Assembly (NCBI GenBank): GCA_964199315.1 | Contig: OZ116711.1 | Coordinates: 4,464,001 to 4,528,000 of the forward strand | Length of the DNA: 64,000 nucleotides | DNA from: Orbicella franksi | Lineage: Eukaryota | Reading direction: 5' to 3' | In this document: one piece after another, positions 1 through 13,912 of the stretch | Layout of the letters: each line of letters starts with the position of its first letter | How positions within the stretch are numbered: the first letter of the stretch is position 1 | The notes under the pieces: generated by a model | Told to the model about the DNA's origin: nothing | Database searches by the model: none | What the model saw: the letters and a program-made list of their open reading frames with translations, nothing else | Translations under genes and position numbers: made by a program

Positions 1-526
1 TATGCCATAAATTTCAACGTAAAATGATGCCTTTTGAAGCCCAACTAAACACAATTTCCTAATCACTCAGATGCATACAAAAATTAACAAATATGCAGTT
101 TATGAGTTCTGCCCAAGGGACCCAGTAGCCAGCTTATGGGTTTATATACAGGATTACATGTTGACACTTATGGCCAACATTTTTGGCCAACACGGAACCT
201 TACTTTGAGGCTGGATCAAATGTCAAACATTGGCTGTTTCAACATAACTTTGCTTATGCATGAGACAGAGTGTAATTTGCTACTTGGCCTACCACTAACA
301 AAGGCAACGTTACCACTTAACAATAACATAATGAAATCTGCTGAAAGACACAGGTTTATATGGTCCACATTTGTACAGCAAGTTGCCAAGCTTGCAAAAA
401 GACAACCATATATCTAATGTCAGCAACTCTCAGATGAACACTAGTGCAACCAATTACTACTACTGACATCAATATCAAGATTACATAATCATGAAAAAAT
501 CCCACTAAGTATTCAACGACACTTAC

Positions 527-3500
527 TCAGGCTCCTGGCTTTTTCCTTTTAAGTCTTTGTTTCTTTCTGCTTCCCACATTTGTCGCTCAAGTTGCAGCAG
601 GGCTAATGTTGACGCTTTCTCCTGTTCAATCTGTTCTAAATACTCTGCTTCTTTGTTTTGCATCAGAATTTCAGCTTCTAGAATTTTGGATTCTTTGTCT
701 TGTAAAGCTGACAATAAAAAGAATGAGAGCATATTATTTGAGTAAATACTGAACAGTCTCATACTTCCTTGACTGAAATATCGTTACTCGGTTGTACAGC
801 TTGACAGAGTGAAGTGCTGTTGGAGTACAGTATCTTGCCCTTCAAAATACAAGTAACAATCGAGGGTCCAGATAGCAGGGCTGCCATTGAGGGCCATAAC
901 CTGTAACACCTGTTATGGCTGAGTATGCTTGATTTTCCCTTGATGCTACAGGTGAAATTGCCTGTTTTTGATAGAATTCAACAACAAAGTAACAGGATTG
1001 CTATGGGTGTGGAGATCAAGGCTACAGGTGACTCAAAACTTAATGACAGACCTGGATAGTAATAATTTTTACCTTTATACTAACTGCCATAAATTTTCCA
1101 ATCACAAGAGTCTAATGGCACATACATAATCTTACAAATTCTACTACACATGCATGTACACAACCAAGGCATCCCAAGCTGATGACTCTTTGGTTTTTTT
1201 CTACTATTAGTTTGCTTACCAGCCAGTAGCTCCTGTTCTCGTCCACAGAAGACCTCACGTGCCTGTTCATAATCTACTGTGACTCTCTCTTTCTCCATCA
1301 CTAAGGATTTTATATTGTTCTCTTGTTGTTCTACCAGTTGCTTTAGCTCTTTGATTTTTTCTTGTGCTTGTAGGACTGCCTGTTCTTTCTCTCTCTTCAG
1401 CTTCATCATTATTGCATTGAATCGTATTTGCTGATCTTCTTCATAGCGTGATTTACTCTCTTGAACTTTCTGTGCTGCACCTTCATGTTCTTCCAGTTTA
1501 GTTTTGTACTCATTGACAATCATAACCAACTTTTCATTTTCTTGTCTTTGTCGAAGTTCGCTTCTTTCTTTATCAGTTTGTAATTGTCCAAGTTTATTTA
1601 GAATTTCAACCTTCTCAAGCTCAAGTTTAGATTTTATTGCAAGAAATGTGCTTTTTTCTTGCTCAAACTGTGAGTTTATTTGTACCAGCTCTCTTTCATA
1701 CTCTTTTCTAGTTCTTTTAGTTGTGTTTTGGATTGCTTGTTCCCTAAACAAATCTGCTTTTTGGTGTAAATTACCAACAGTGACTAGAACATCTTCCTTC
1801 ACCTTCGAGTCCCATTCCAAAATCAGCTGTCTACTGTCATTAAGACACTGACGAATGACCTGAAACTCACCCTTAACACAATCTCTGACCTTTGAATTCA
1901 CTTGTTGAAGTGTTTCATTTTTGGAATTAGCCTTCTCTAAACACACTTCACTAGTTCTTAATTGTTCCTCCAGCTGTTCTAGTCTGTCAAACATTTCATT
2001 TGCCATGGACTGACTTGTTCTCTCAAAGCTTTGATGATCTGAAACAAGTGTCACTTCCTTACCAAACTCTTCTAAGCCGCTCCCTTGAACTGGCAGATTA
2101 CTGTCAGAGCTACTCTCTGTTTGAGTGCTGTGATCCGTGCTCTGAGTTCCAGAACTACCGAGAGTCGGTGTTTGACTTGTATCGTCAAGAAGAGCAGTAC
2201 AATCGTCTTGAAGCTCACCTACTGGTTGGATATCAGAAGGGGATTCTTTCTCTTCAACATTTCCAGCCAAATCAGCGTCAAAAACTGTCACATAATCCTC
2301 ATGTGCTGATCGAAAAACTAAGTCACTATCATCAAGCGCTGAGCTTTTCTCAGAACCAGTGTCACTGTTACTTTTTTTCCTTTCGTTAGACTCACTGTTG
2401 TCAGAAGCCTCTGTAGTCAAGTTAGTTTGTTCACTGATGTCTGGAACATCCTTAGCACAGTATAATTCAGTTGGACCTTGCTCATCTTGTACAGGAGAGC
2501 TCTCACTTTCATTGCAAGTCCATTCAACTTGTGTTGAAGCATCCATGCTCATTTGTGTTGCTTTGTTTTCAGAAGACGACATTTCAGCAAGTAATGATGC
2601 TTCCTTCTTGTCGGTTATACTTTCACTAGTTCTACCTCCAAAAATCACAGGAAACTGGGCAACACTACTAAGATTTTCAAGTTCTTCTAATTGTAGGAAA
2701 CTACTTTTTCCGCTTTCATCTCTCATGCTGATGTTGATGGAGCAAGACTCGAGATATGAAGCTAATTCTGGAATCTGATCATTCAGTTCTTGAAGGTCTC
2801 TTTCTGTTATTATGGGAAGCTGTTCATCAAAAGGTTTGGGCGGCTTTTCCTGCAACAAGAACATCACTGAGTTTGCCTAACTACTTTGTGTTACAATTCA
2901 AATTTATTACTGGTTGTCAAGTACACAATTTTACTATAAAAAGAACCTTTTGTGAAAACAAGAACTGGGTGCTTAACGAAGAAATTGAACTGGGAAGGCT
3001 CAACTTTTCTGAATGGCCTGCAAAGAGACTAGCAATATCTACTTGCTGCTTAAAGATGAAAGACATACCCCAAATCTTGATGGTCTGTCAGACATACCAC
3101 TGAACAAACTTTGCAAAAAATGCTGGCCTGGAAAGAGAGAAAGAGGTAGAGATAGCAAAGAGAATAGACAAAAGTATTGTTACATATTATTATTATGTAT
3201 TATTGATTATTAATCCATAATTGAATCTGACATTAGAAATGAGCTCTCTCTACCCCAGGGGGGGGGGGTACTCCGTTATGTGGGTTATATAGGTATGTGC
3301 AGCAACAAAGGGTAGGGTTTTTCAGCCGTTTTGGTCATAAATAAGGTATGGCCTTTGCACTCCAGTCTTGAACTGGGTATGTTTCTTAGAAGAAGCTACT
3401 TTTTCATCATTATCAATAAGACGGTCAACAGAAGCCCTTGATAACTTATATTTTAGGCAACTGTGCCAGCTACAACAGTCATAAATAGGGCAGCAAAAAT

Positions 3501-6500
3501 CGCAGGTTTTGGTCATAAATAGGGTAAGGGTTTTGGGAAGTGGGCTGCTTATCCCCACCCAACTTTCCTGGGAGTAGCCCCCCCCCCCCCCCCCCCAGGT
3601 CCCTCCACAAGGATATTGGCAAACCTCTAACATTCCTAGAAGTATTTTATTTACTGACAGAAGTATTGTAAAAAAATGTCTCTACCTTAAAGGCACTAAT
3701 AAGTTTTCATGCTTACAAAAAAACGGAAATTCAAAGCTTGATTCGGTTTTAAACTTGTGTTCAACTTTTTTTCACAAGTGCTTGCACAGTATATATTAAG
3801 TATGACACTATGTAGATTGCTAACCAAAATGCAACTCAAATTCTTCTCTCTTTGCAGTTTCTTCTGTTCTTGCCTGTGTTGAGCCCTCACATAACTTGCT
3901 AGCCCACTAGAGAGGAAAAAATATTAAAACAAAGATGTTGGTACACTTCTAATTAAATAATGTTCATAATGTTAAAAGCGAAAACTGCTTGCAAAGTCAA
4001 CTGGTTTAGTTATAGTGGTTTCACGAATAATTGATAGACACAGCAAGCTGTAATGAGGTTTAACTTATGTGAAGGACCAACCTATGAGACAAGGCCAGAC
4101 CACAACACCAGGAACTCTGTGCCCTACTCTTTGTGATAAGTGTGTGGGTTCTTTAACAGCCCCTGTTAACCATGAAACACTGAAGATGCAGGAGATGGGG
4201 CCTACTGTTTACAGTCTTTATCCAAGAAGACTTGAACATCCAACTGTTAGCAAATGTAAAATTTTACAAAGGTAGCACATTCTCCTCAATTATTTTGGGA
4301 ACTTGAGTGTTGGTCCAGTCTGGGGCTTGAACCTGCAACCAGCCAGTCGATAACTTACCTTATGAAACTGTGAAGAAAATGATCTCCTCCTTACAACTTC
4401 TGCCACAGCTAAGATGTACACACGTGGTGCCTCATTTACTTGTTCAATGATTTCCAATCTAAAACAAATCAACAAGTATCTCTACCCAGTTAACAGAGAA
4501 AATTAGCACCAATAACTTTAGCCTCAGCTAGCAGAGACTTCTTTCAAAAAACACACTCAGTTCTTCACATTTTAGAGGGATATCTGGGCTTCAACCTAGT
4601 TCAGCTAACATTGATAGCATTAGCTCAACAGAGATCCATGACAGAGGTGCTAATAATATTCTTGTTAGTCTTTTGTACATGAGTAACAGTCAATTGGATA
4701 CACTAGGGCTATTTCATCAACATGCAATTTTGGGGGTTGAATCTCCCATGTTGTTTGAGTAATGAAAAAATAAGCATGCAACCAAAGAAATCTGTTCAAT
4801 GAGACACAACACATTTTTATTGTAATGGGAGGGAATGGAAAGTCTCTCTGGATGTGCAGCCATCTAAAGCCATGCTCTACAAATCAGTAGGGGTTTAACG
4901 ATTCATATTCCTTGCGATTCAATTCAATTTCGATCATTGCCTTTCGATTTCGATTATTTCGATGCGATTATCCAAAATATTAATGTCTTTTAATTCTTAC
5001 AACGTGATACACAATGTAACCAACATACAACCCTAAACCCTCAATTTGTTGATACAATGAGCGTGTCGCACATGGCTTGCCTTATTTGGAAATTCTCAAG
5101 GAGAGGTAGAAAGGCAACATTTTTAACAAGCAACACAAAATGGCACAAAAACTGCAAATGTCTTTACTCGTCAATCAAAAACGCACATTTGAAATAGTTC
5201 TGGATTGTGATTTCACAATATTAATAACAACTCACTGAGGGCACCTTGGGAATGGTATGCAAAAAATCGAACCAAAATTGAAATGTGGAATCAAAGAATC
5301 GTGAATTGAACCGAACGGTCATAATGCGATTAATCGAAAATTTGATTAATTGTTCCACCACTACAAATCAGGAAGTATCACAGCATTGCACTCTAACCGC
5401 ATGACCTTTAAAACCAAGTGCTTTTCTGAGCATGCTTGTGATGCTTCAAAAACTATGTTTGACCACTGTGCTAAAAGCTTTCTTCAACACCAGAAATGGT
5501 TATTGAATTGAGAACTTTCTTGTTTCTCATTAATTCCCTTACCTTCGTTTGATTCGTCTGATATTTTCATGATACATAATAATGGTTCCATCACATTCAC
5601 ATATTTTCTTCTCAATGTACATGATCCACCTGTTAAAATAAAAGATTTGGAAACTGAAGTAAAGACTGTCAAGAGCAAGTTGACTCTTGATATAACTACA
5701 GAGTGCTCATAACCAGTAGCATGTACAGTTAAACCTCTCCTTATCAACATCTCAACAATACAGACACCACTATAGAACAGACACCTCAACAAAATGGACA
5801 CTCAGTTCTGGCCCTTTGGCATCTATATAAAGAGATTTAACAAATAGCAGGGGTTTCATACGTTTTCAGCAGGAGGACGACTGGTTTTCACAGCCAGGCA
5901 AAACGTTTTGAACTGAACTTCTTTATAAGAAAAACTTTCTTTGAGATGGTCAAGTCAGGCAGGCAAAATCGTCCTCACAGTTGGTCAATTTGCCCAGTGC
6001 CCAGCCCTTTACAAAACCCCTGTAAGAGTAACCTAAGCATACATTATTTTTTATCAGACTGGGGAATTGTTTTCAACAGAAACATGTTATAATACATTGG
6101 TAACAAAAGGAAACAAGTACTGAAAACATTTTATTTTTTGCAGTTTGATATAAAGGTTACTTTTAAATGAGGTACCTTTTTGAGAATAAGCCCACATTGA
6201 AAGACAATCCTTGAGTTGCATTAAATTAACCTTTAAAATGGTTTAGGCTTTATTTTTGTCTGATACAAACAATTGAATGAGTTTAGAAGAATTCAAATGT
6301 CACTGTTGGAAACATTTGAAACCACAATGGAAAGCAACAAGTTGTTATAATGCATACTAAGTTTTGTTTGTTTGTTTTTTGTTTACCTTAATCTGGTGTG
6401 GAGGTTAGCAGACAGCTCATCTTTGGCTCTTGCACATTTTTTTCTTATATCCCTAAAAAAGTAAATATAATAATATCAGTTCTGGCCAGTTCTCTAACTT

Positions 6501-9500
6501 ACTAACTTACTCTGCTTGGTATTACTAAATTAAATTTTGACCTCACTTGAAGATAAATGTCTTTCAAGTAAAAAAGTCATTAATAAATTAAAGCTTTTTG
6601 AGCCTAGAGGCTAAACACGTAAAGGGAAACTTGGCAAATGGGTAACTTTCTGGGAAACCAATTCACTATAAAATTTGGAGAAATTCTGTATTGAAATAAA
6701 ATTTCTGTCTGCAGCTGTAAGGTGTCCTACCTGAGCTTATACAGGTTTCTTATAATTTTTTTTAGGGGGAGTAGCTATTAAGTGACTGTGAGTATTCCAA
6801 GGCACTCCCCACTGGATGGAATGCTATTCCATTGCAGGTTATGCCAGCATTAAATGCAGATCTAGACCTGGGTGTGGATGTAAACAAGCAATATGATAGT
6901 AAATGAGAGTCGCCCAGTAACGTTTTGCGATGACCCCAGCTAGGGCTTGAAATGGAACCATTTGATCTTAGAGTTTGAGGATCTCCCATTACTGAAGGCT
7001 CTAATTTTAAATGGCAACCTAATAAATGACTGAACTAACCTTAAATGTGAGTGATTCTTTGTCAACATCATGAGCTGCTTTTGATGACTAGCACACAGAT
7101 CAGGAAGTACTGAAGTGTCACCCACATTTTTAGCTCGAGTTTGGTTGTACTGAAAGCCTTGTGACATGTCAGCTTGAGACTGTGTCAAGGTTTTTACATT
7201 CTGGAGAATCTGTTGCAGTCCTGCTAGTCTTTCATCCAGTCCTTTGATTTCTTTCATGTTTGTCTTATCGAGAGATTCTGTTGCAAAGAGAAGAGAACAA
7301 TGCCAATGACACATAATTGCCCACCACCACAATATACGTTACTGTCATCTCTCTCCAAAACAGACACATTTGGGACCAGCCCTAAGTTGCACCCTACAGA
7401 AACTGTTAGTTACAGAGGAACAAGTGAAATTCAGTTGGAACCAGTGAAACAGCCATCTCCGCCTTTGGGGGTGTCCACCTTGTCTATACAATGGAACCCT
7501 GTTAACGCAGTTACCAACGAGCCACGGAAATCTGGCCATATTAACAGGGTGGCCATATTAAATGTATTAAACATGGTTCACTGAAGAAAATGACTGACTG
7601 ATCTTTTGTTTAGGCCAGAATAAAGTGTCTGTAATAACAAGGTGGCCATGAGGCTGGGTTCCACTGTATTAAGAGATTTGACCATAGAACCCTGTCACAT
7701 GGCCTCTTCCTTAACACAACCACCTTGTTCCAGTCACTTTCTTTGGCCTCCAAAAAAGCTCTCATGAACCCCTTTGATATGCAGAGCATTCAAATTGATG
7801 CATTCCCAAAGAGTGAGAAATTAAAAGCTGTGCGGTTTTCTTCCTAGCAGGGTAAAGGAGCACACCCCTGTATAAAATTCTGAAAAATGCAAGTGTCTTA
7901 AAAATGGTTTCCTTGATTCTGAGCAACAATATGATTCTGTCTATGTTGTTTAAAGTGGAAATTGGTAACACAAAATGAACTGATGTGCACTTTGGTGGCA
8001 ATCTGTTGCTGTTTACCTCCAATATATAACTCAGATGTTTAAGAGACCAAGTCAGTATGGGAGCATGACACTGCATAAGAGTCTAAGTTGCACTCAACCT
8101 GAATACATGATGCTTGAATGACCTAATTAATACAACAAGCTTTATTTAGATCCGTATACTTGGCAATCACCAAGACAGTGCTATTAAGTTGGCAAAATAT
8201 TTAAATGGTACATAGGGAAGAGCCAGTTTTTGCTTACCTAAAACCTCATTAACTTCTTTTGTTATCTCAGTCAGATGTGTTTCATCAAACTGAAAATTAA
8301 TAACAGGGAGGTTCATAACTGCAGTTTTAAAAAAGATTACCTTGCGTAATGTCGAATATTAAAATAAATAAATCAAAATAAACTACAATATTTAGAGAGG
8401 AAACCACATCAGCCTTAGGTGATTTGACATTTGGAGATGATGGTTTTCATGGAGGAAGGAGAACCAGAGAACCACAAGAAAAAACCCTTGGAGCAAGGAA
8501 AGAACCAATGACAAACTCAACCCATATATGGCACTGGGACAGAATTGAATCCCGTTCACATTCTGATTGGTGGGAGGCAAGCACTGCGCCATCACTGCTA
8601 TCCAAAAATCAGGCAACAACTGTAATCAATGCCACTTGAAAAAAGAAAGCCAATAGTTTGCATGAAACCAGATAATATTGCCAACCTCACAACTGCGGAC
8701 ACCAGATTTAATAGATGGGAGCATTTTGCACTTTCCAGAATTATTCTTGGCATACAGGCTTGATTCAATAATATTTATGTACCTGCTCAACTGCCTCAAT
8801 GCACTGTTTTACCATATCTTGAAGGCTGTTCTTGTTATCCTGCGGAAAAACAACAACAACAACATCACGCTTTAACTATACTCAAACAAGCAGACTACCA
8901 CTTAGAGCAAATGGTTTGAGTAATTGTTTTAGTGGACATTATATACTAGGCCTTTCAGTGACATGCAATTTAACCCCTAAAAGAGACCAATCTGGGCATC
9001 GCTGGAACTTTATTTGATCCCTAAAAAAAGCTTTGAAACAGACAGCATTCTTCCAGTGCAACCTTAAAAGTACCTTGAAGGCAAAAAGTAGTGGCATTTT
9101 GTCATGAACACCCAAAGAGACCAAGACCAAAATTCATAATTTACAACCCTACACAAGATGGCAAGCATGCCTGACCTTTTCAAATGGGAATCCCCCCTTC
9201 CCTGGGAATGCTTTAAATCAATAGTCAAAGTCAGTGAGTTGTGATAAAATGATTGACTTACCTGTGCACTTATCCAATCCAGGAGACTAAACATGCCCTG
9301 TTGTCTGTCTTGGAACAGTTGTCTTGTTAAAAGACATGGAAGGACAGGTACCTTGGCTAACAGTGGTAACATCTGTTTGAACCTAGTAGAATGAACACAA
9401 TCTGAATCTTCAGCTTTGCCAGGGCAAGGGGATAGATTAAAAACATAATTTTCCATTAAAATTTAAAAGAACTGGGAAACAATAGAAAATGGTATTTACA

Positions 9501-12500
9501 TGTATACCTGTCAAGTAGCTCTATGTATCTTGTCCTGGAATCCAGAAACTCAGAATAAACTTGATGAACACTACTTGATCGTGCTTTAAACTCACTGTAA
9601 ACAAGTATTATTGAGCTGTCAGTCAGCAATAATCAAATAGCATGTGAAATAATCACACCATAGATTTTTAATAAGAAATTCTATCCCATCATCAGTCTCA
9701 CAAGAAAAAGAGCCAGCCTCCCCATCCAATCATTGTGAGAACTTTATCGTCAATCACAAATAAATTGTTGTCACTATGTTATAATTTTATAATAAAAGAA
9801 TTGGTTCATGCCTCTAGCTGTGCATATGGATCTATGGATCAAGTTATGGATCTACTTACTAGGAAGTTTGAAGAGCACTCAAGAAGCTAGAGTTGTTCTT
9901 AGCTACATGTCAAGCAACTCTTACACTTCTCTTGTGCTATACAAACTTCCCACATGCATCCATAACTTGATATACATGTGCTAAGCATGAACAAATTCTT
10001 TTTCTCACAATTACAACACAATACATTTATTATCTCATTCAAGGAGCAATTGGAAGTCACAAGAGAAAAAGGTCTAATTTTTCAAGCATCACTTTTCATT
10101 TTCTCATACAAATGAGAAATTTCCCTTTAAATTCATTTTCCTAAAAAAAAAAAAAAAAAAATAGATTACATATTTTAGTTTTTCAAACATACGAAAGTGA
10201 AAGTTTGCACCTCCATCAATCTTTGGCATACTTTTTTCCACAACTATTGATGTTTTTTTGTGGTTGTTGAAAATGGAAAAGGAAATCATACCAGAACTTC
10301 CCTTTTTCATTTTCAAGTCTGCCCAGGTATGTAGTGGTTGCGTATGACCAAGAGTGTCCAGAAATACAAGCTAAAACAGTAGAATACAGTTTCTTTTCTA
10401 ATACCTTGCAGTACTTTCCAAGTTGGCCACAACTGCTGCCCAACCCTTCTGTTGCAGTTTTTGCTCGAAAACTAGATTTTCACAGTTTTCTGCAATTTCC
10501 ACTGCTAGTGAATGGAAGTCCTAAAAATTGGACAAAAAATTGTATACTAATTTTCCACAGAATCTTAAGTGAACAATATCAAGATAAGCGTCTTCACAGT
10601 GCTCAGTTGTATCAGAGAACAAACATGTTTCTTCAAGAAAACAATAAAACCTATCACTCACTGAGCTCACTAACGCATTGTTTCACGTAAAGAATTCAAG
10701 TCCTGAAAAAACCACCATAAATAAGTTCTGATTCCTCTCATTCAGTAGCAAAAGAATGCCTTCCATGCTATTGTGTAATTTCTACGAGTCAGAAAAACTT
10801 ACCGCGGCTAGCTGAGCTCTGGATACAAGAGTTTCATATGTAGGCGGTAAATTGAAAGATTTGTCAACTTGCTCCTTTAAATTTTCTTCTGCAAGGAAAA
10901 GAAACAAAATTGTAGGGGTGCCTAGAATAAGAAAAAAAGTCCTAAATGACTTCTTGTAAATTGCAATATTCTCCTTCCGAATTGCCTTGTATTCTCTAAA
11001 AAAAGACAAACTAAGAGAGTTTGATGTTACATCATCTGTCAGTAAGGACCTTATTTGGTGCACCCATTCAAATATTTTTCTATCATTCTAAGCATCAATG
11101 TGTATATGGCCCAAGTAATTTCATTGGACCTCATGTACTAAAACATCTTTTATCAATCTACAAGCATTGGATACCCAACACAAGTCTGTACACAACTTCA
11201 AATTGTACCACAACTGAGTTAGGGCTTAACGGAGGAAGAGAAGAAAATTAACAGCAGAGTAATTTAAAATATTTTTAAAACAAAATTTTAACACAAAATT
11301 GAAATACAAACAAAACTGTAGCTTGAGGCGAATTTTCAACTACCCACTTAATCGTACTAAAAAAATAAAACTTACACTGGTGCACTGCACTTACCTGATC
11401 CTAAGTTGAGGCTGGGTGATGGAGGAATGGATGATTCAATGGTAGATTTACTGAACAGAAAGATCGGATTTGTATCCTAACAAGGCAACATAACATTAGA
11501 ATTTTACAAAATAAAAAAAATGCAAGAAAACCAGCAAGGTGGTACTAAAGGCCTGTAAGACAATTTTAGCAAATCATAGCCAATATACAACTGACGGCAA
11601 AAAGGTTGTACATCATTTAGGTCGCAATAACTTTTAGGAACTGTGGAAGACTACAGAGCATAATATAATAAATTTATTTGAGAATGACCATACTGGCATT
11701 TCCATACAAAATTTCTTGTTTTGAAAACAGAAAATCAATTAGCAAATTGAGATAGCTATAGTAGCAAAAATTAAAATGAATACAATAATATTTGCAAATA
11801 AAAAACATGGTTGTTTGCTTGTTTGACCCGATGAGAACTTTTTATTTTAGTACCAATAGTACTGTTTATTCACATGCTACTCACAGTTCCAGCACTACTA
11901 TAACTGCATACTCTCTCTGTCGGATCCAGCGCTTCACCATTAGATATCAAAAGAACTTGCTTGTCCTCAGGAATCCCCGTCACAGAAGCTACTGTACTCA
12001 TAAGCACCTGGACACTGTTAAACAGTTCACATTGATCATGTCAGATACACAGCCTGCCTGCACTCAATCTACTCTTATTTACCCTGATAGAAGATGAACA
12101 GCACAATGCACCAAGTTCTTATTTGTCATCATACTTAATACTTTTGATGACTAATCCTGGAAGTATGCCAGACATATAACTAAATAAATACTAGGTGACT
12201 TACAATTTGTGTACGAGTACAAGATCGAGTATAAGTATGACTTCTCAATTCTAGTTTGCATGATTCACATTATCATGTCACAAAACCATCTCATTCTACG
12301 AGCTACCCTCTCAACCTCAAACCATCAAGGGCAAGGGCTCTGGAATCACCACTGGTTCAAAATTTGAAAATCACATTAATATTACTCAATCTGGTAATTG
12401 TAATCCAATCTAAAGGTCTCTCTTGATCTTGTAAAGGCTGGTTTTCACTAGCGATGAAGTCGTAGTCGGAGTTGTAATCAGAAGCATAGAGCATTATGAC

Positions 12501-13912
12501 CTAGTGAAAATAAAACTGATGGAGTTGGAAGCTGAACACCCATTCTGCTTAAGACTGCGTTGCTTATAGTGAAAACTAGATTGTCGGAGTTGGAAGCAGA
12601 CGCAGGAGAATAAACCAATCACAGCGTTCAATTCCAGGCCTTGTGATTGGTTGGTTTTTCCGCTTCTGCTTTCAATTCCGACAATCTACTTTTCATTTGA
12701 TCATAAGTGACAGAGTCATAAAAGGAATTGGAAGAAATGGAAATGTCCTGATTCTTCCAACTCCGATTCCATCAAGCTTATGACTCCACTTACAACTCTG
12801 ATTTTCGATTTACACTAGGTCGTAAGCTCTCTTGACTCTGTCTATGACTCCAGCTCTGACTCTGACTCTGTCACTATTGCAAAACCAGCCTTAAATGACC
12901 CAGGGAACCACAAACCTCCTGAAACTCTGTTTTCAGAATGTCTGACAAGCATGCAGAAGATCACGGGATCAACTTGGGTTGAGGACTCACAATTTTTTAA
13001 CTGTCTCATGCTCGCAACAAACTGCATACATTTCCTTGTTACTATAGATCAAAGGAAGTTTGCTGTTTGAATGGCTAACTCTCGTTGGTTGAGCATGGGC
13101 CTGGAGTATTGGAAAGTCACAGGCTTAACACCTACTACAAGAACTCAGAATAAAATACAATTTCTGAGAATGCTATTATATTTCAAAGCAACGAAGTGTA
13201 TTTTAACATGCAGCACATTATTCTGTTTATGAAGTGATAAAAACACTCCATGTGTTTCAGAGCAAAAGGAAGTCTGCTTTTAAAATGTTCTCAAATGCTC
13301 ATTGAGTTTAACAACAGTATAACAAATGCTTTGGGCTTGTCTGTTTGGGCACCAATTCTGTAGGTGAAACCCTATCATATCACCATTGCTTGGCATTCCT
13401 TTTGTATGGCACTGTTTGGCTTACAGTATTTTTTAAAATGAAATTTGAATTTTTTTTCTAGCTTTGAACTTGGCTGCCTTACAGCTCCCCCATAATTATT
13501 CTTTCTTACTGTACAGTCTCGACATTTCACTTCATAATAGCCGCTGCATATCCTCTTTATTCCTTGTGTATTCATAAATTAAAACAAACACTTATTAAGC
13601 ATCCAAATTACTTATTCACGCATGTCGTACTTAGTGTCATATATGCCATATTGCAATATTGTTCAATTGATCGTTTGGGACAAATCGAGCCCATTCTGTC
13701 AGTAGAGCAAGCAAACAACAAGGAATAACAAGGAGCAGATATCATTTCGTAATACAATCAAATTGTCAAGTCACGTTACGTTATGGTGAGCACGTAATGC
13801 AAATGTCACTGTACCTGATGTACAACATTATGTTTTTTTCTCACCTTTCCATTGCCAGTTCCATTTCGAAGGTATATATCGTCCCCAGGTCGACATGAAA
13901 CACGTGCAACAT
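527..13912 (-). CDS. RB1CC1: RB1-inducible coiled-coil protein 1 (FIP200/Atg11-Atg17 autophagy scaffold), 3'-partial. Exons: 13845-13912, 11885-12014, 11395-11476, 10803-10888, 10405-10520, 9508-9594, 9262-9382, 8783-8839, 8238-8289, 7040-7277, 6387-6452, 5543-5629, 4359-4458, 3825-3906, 3069-3127, 1220-2849, 527-707
   Basis: Spliced peptides match recalled FIP200 motifs: MLHVFHVDLG N-terminus, DTNPIFLFSK, EQKLQQKGWAAVVANLE, SLLDWISAQ, MKEIKGLDERL, SVLPDLCASHQKQL, AVAEVVRRR, KPFDEQLP, then an acidic region and coiled coil in a 1630-bp exon. All introns are GT-AG and phases are continuous (about 1080 aa in window). Confidence 0.93.
4050..4345 (-). mobile_element. tRNA-derived SINE, decayed (Nin-domain-like family)
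   Basis: Reverse B-box-like GGGGCTTGAACCTGCAACC near 4322-4340. Body (CACAACACCAGGAACTCTGTGCCCTACTCTTT...) resembles a recalled cnidarian SINE core. Its head abuts the RB1CC1 exon donor at 4358. Confidence 0.55.
4888..5363. mobile_element. Non-autonomous hAT-like DNA transposon
   Basis: Perfect 8-bp TSD CAAATCAG (4880-4887 and 5364-5371), imperfect TIRs (TAGGGGT...ACCACTA), subterminal CGAT/ATCG repeats. Confidence 0.8.
5848..6022. mobile_element. MITE CAGGGGTTT...AAACCCCTG, copy 1 (copy 2 at 54193-54370)
   Basis: TIRs plus a body shared with 54193-54370, e.g. TTTTGAACTGAACTTCTTTA and TTGCCCAGTGCCCAGCCCTT. Confidence 0.75.
6785..6990 (-). mobile_element. Old copy of the SINE family at 46952-47247
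   Basis: Reverse complement aligns degenerately to the 46952 copy (CTGGATGG.ATGCTA.TCCA..GCAGG segment, ACCTGGGT segment, GGGCTTGAA B-box remnant). Confidence 0.5.
7489..7666. mobile_element. Tc1/mariner(pogo)-type MITE (related copy 36515-36701)
   Basis: TA-flanked CA(A/G)TGGAACC...GGTTCCACTG ends. AAATCTGGCCATATTAACAGGGTGGCC is shared with the 36515 copy. Confidence 0.75.
8418..8599 (-). mobile_element. tRNA-derived SINE, second family (related copy about 51520-51720)
   Basis: Reverse A-box (CACTGCGCCA, 8582-8591) and reverse B-box remnant (AATTGAATCC). AAAAACCCTTG.AGCAAGG..AGAACCAA...AAACTCAACCCA is shared with the 51660-51710 region. Confidence 0.65.
12435..12891. mobile_element. PIF/Harbinger-type MITE in RB1CC1 intron 1
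   Basis: TIR AGGCTGGTTTT...AAAACCAGCCT, TAA TSD both sides (12432-12434, 12892-12894), subterminal GTCGGA/ACTCTG-type repeats. Confidence 0.8.

Noticed and set aside
3253-3599. Poly-G/poly-C bracketed segment
   Set aside because: Ends of a common TIR element (GGGG-TACTCC / GGAGTA-GCCCC), not a regulatory G4 system. No TSD resolved.
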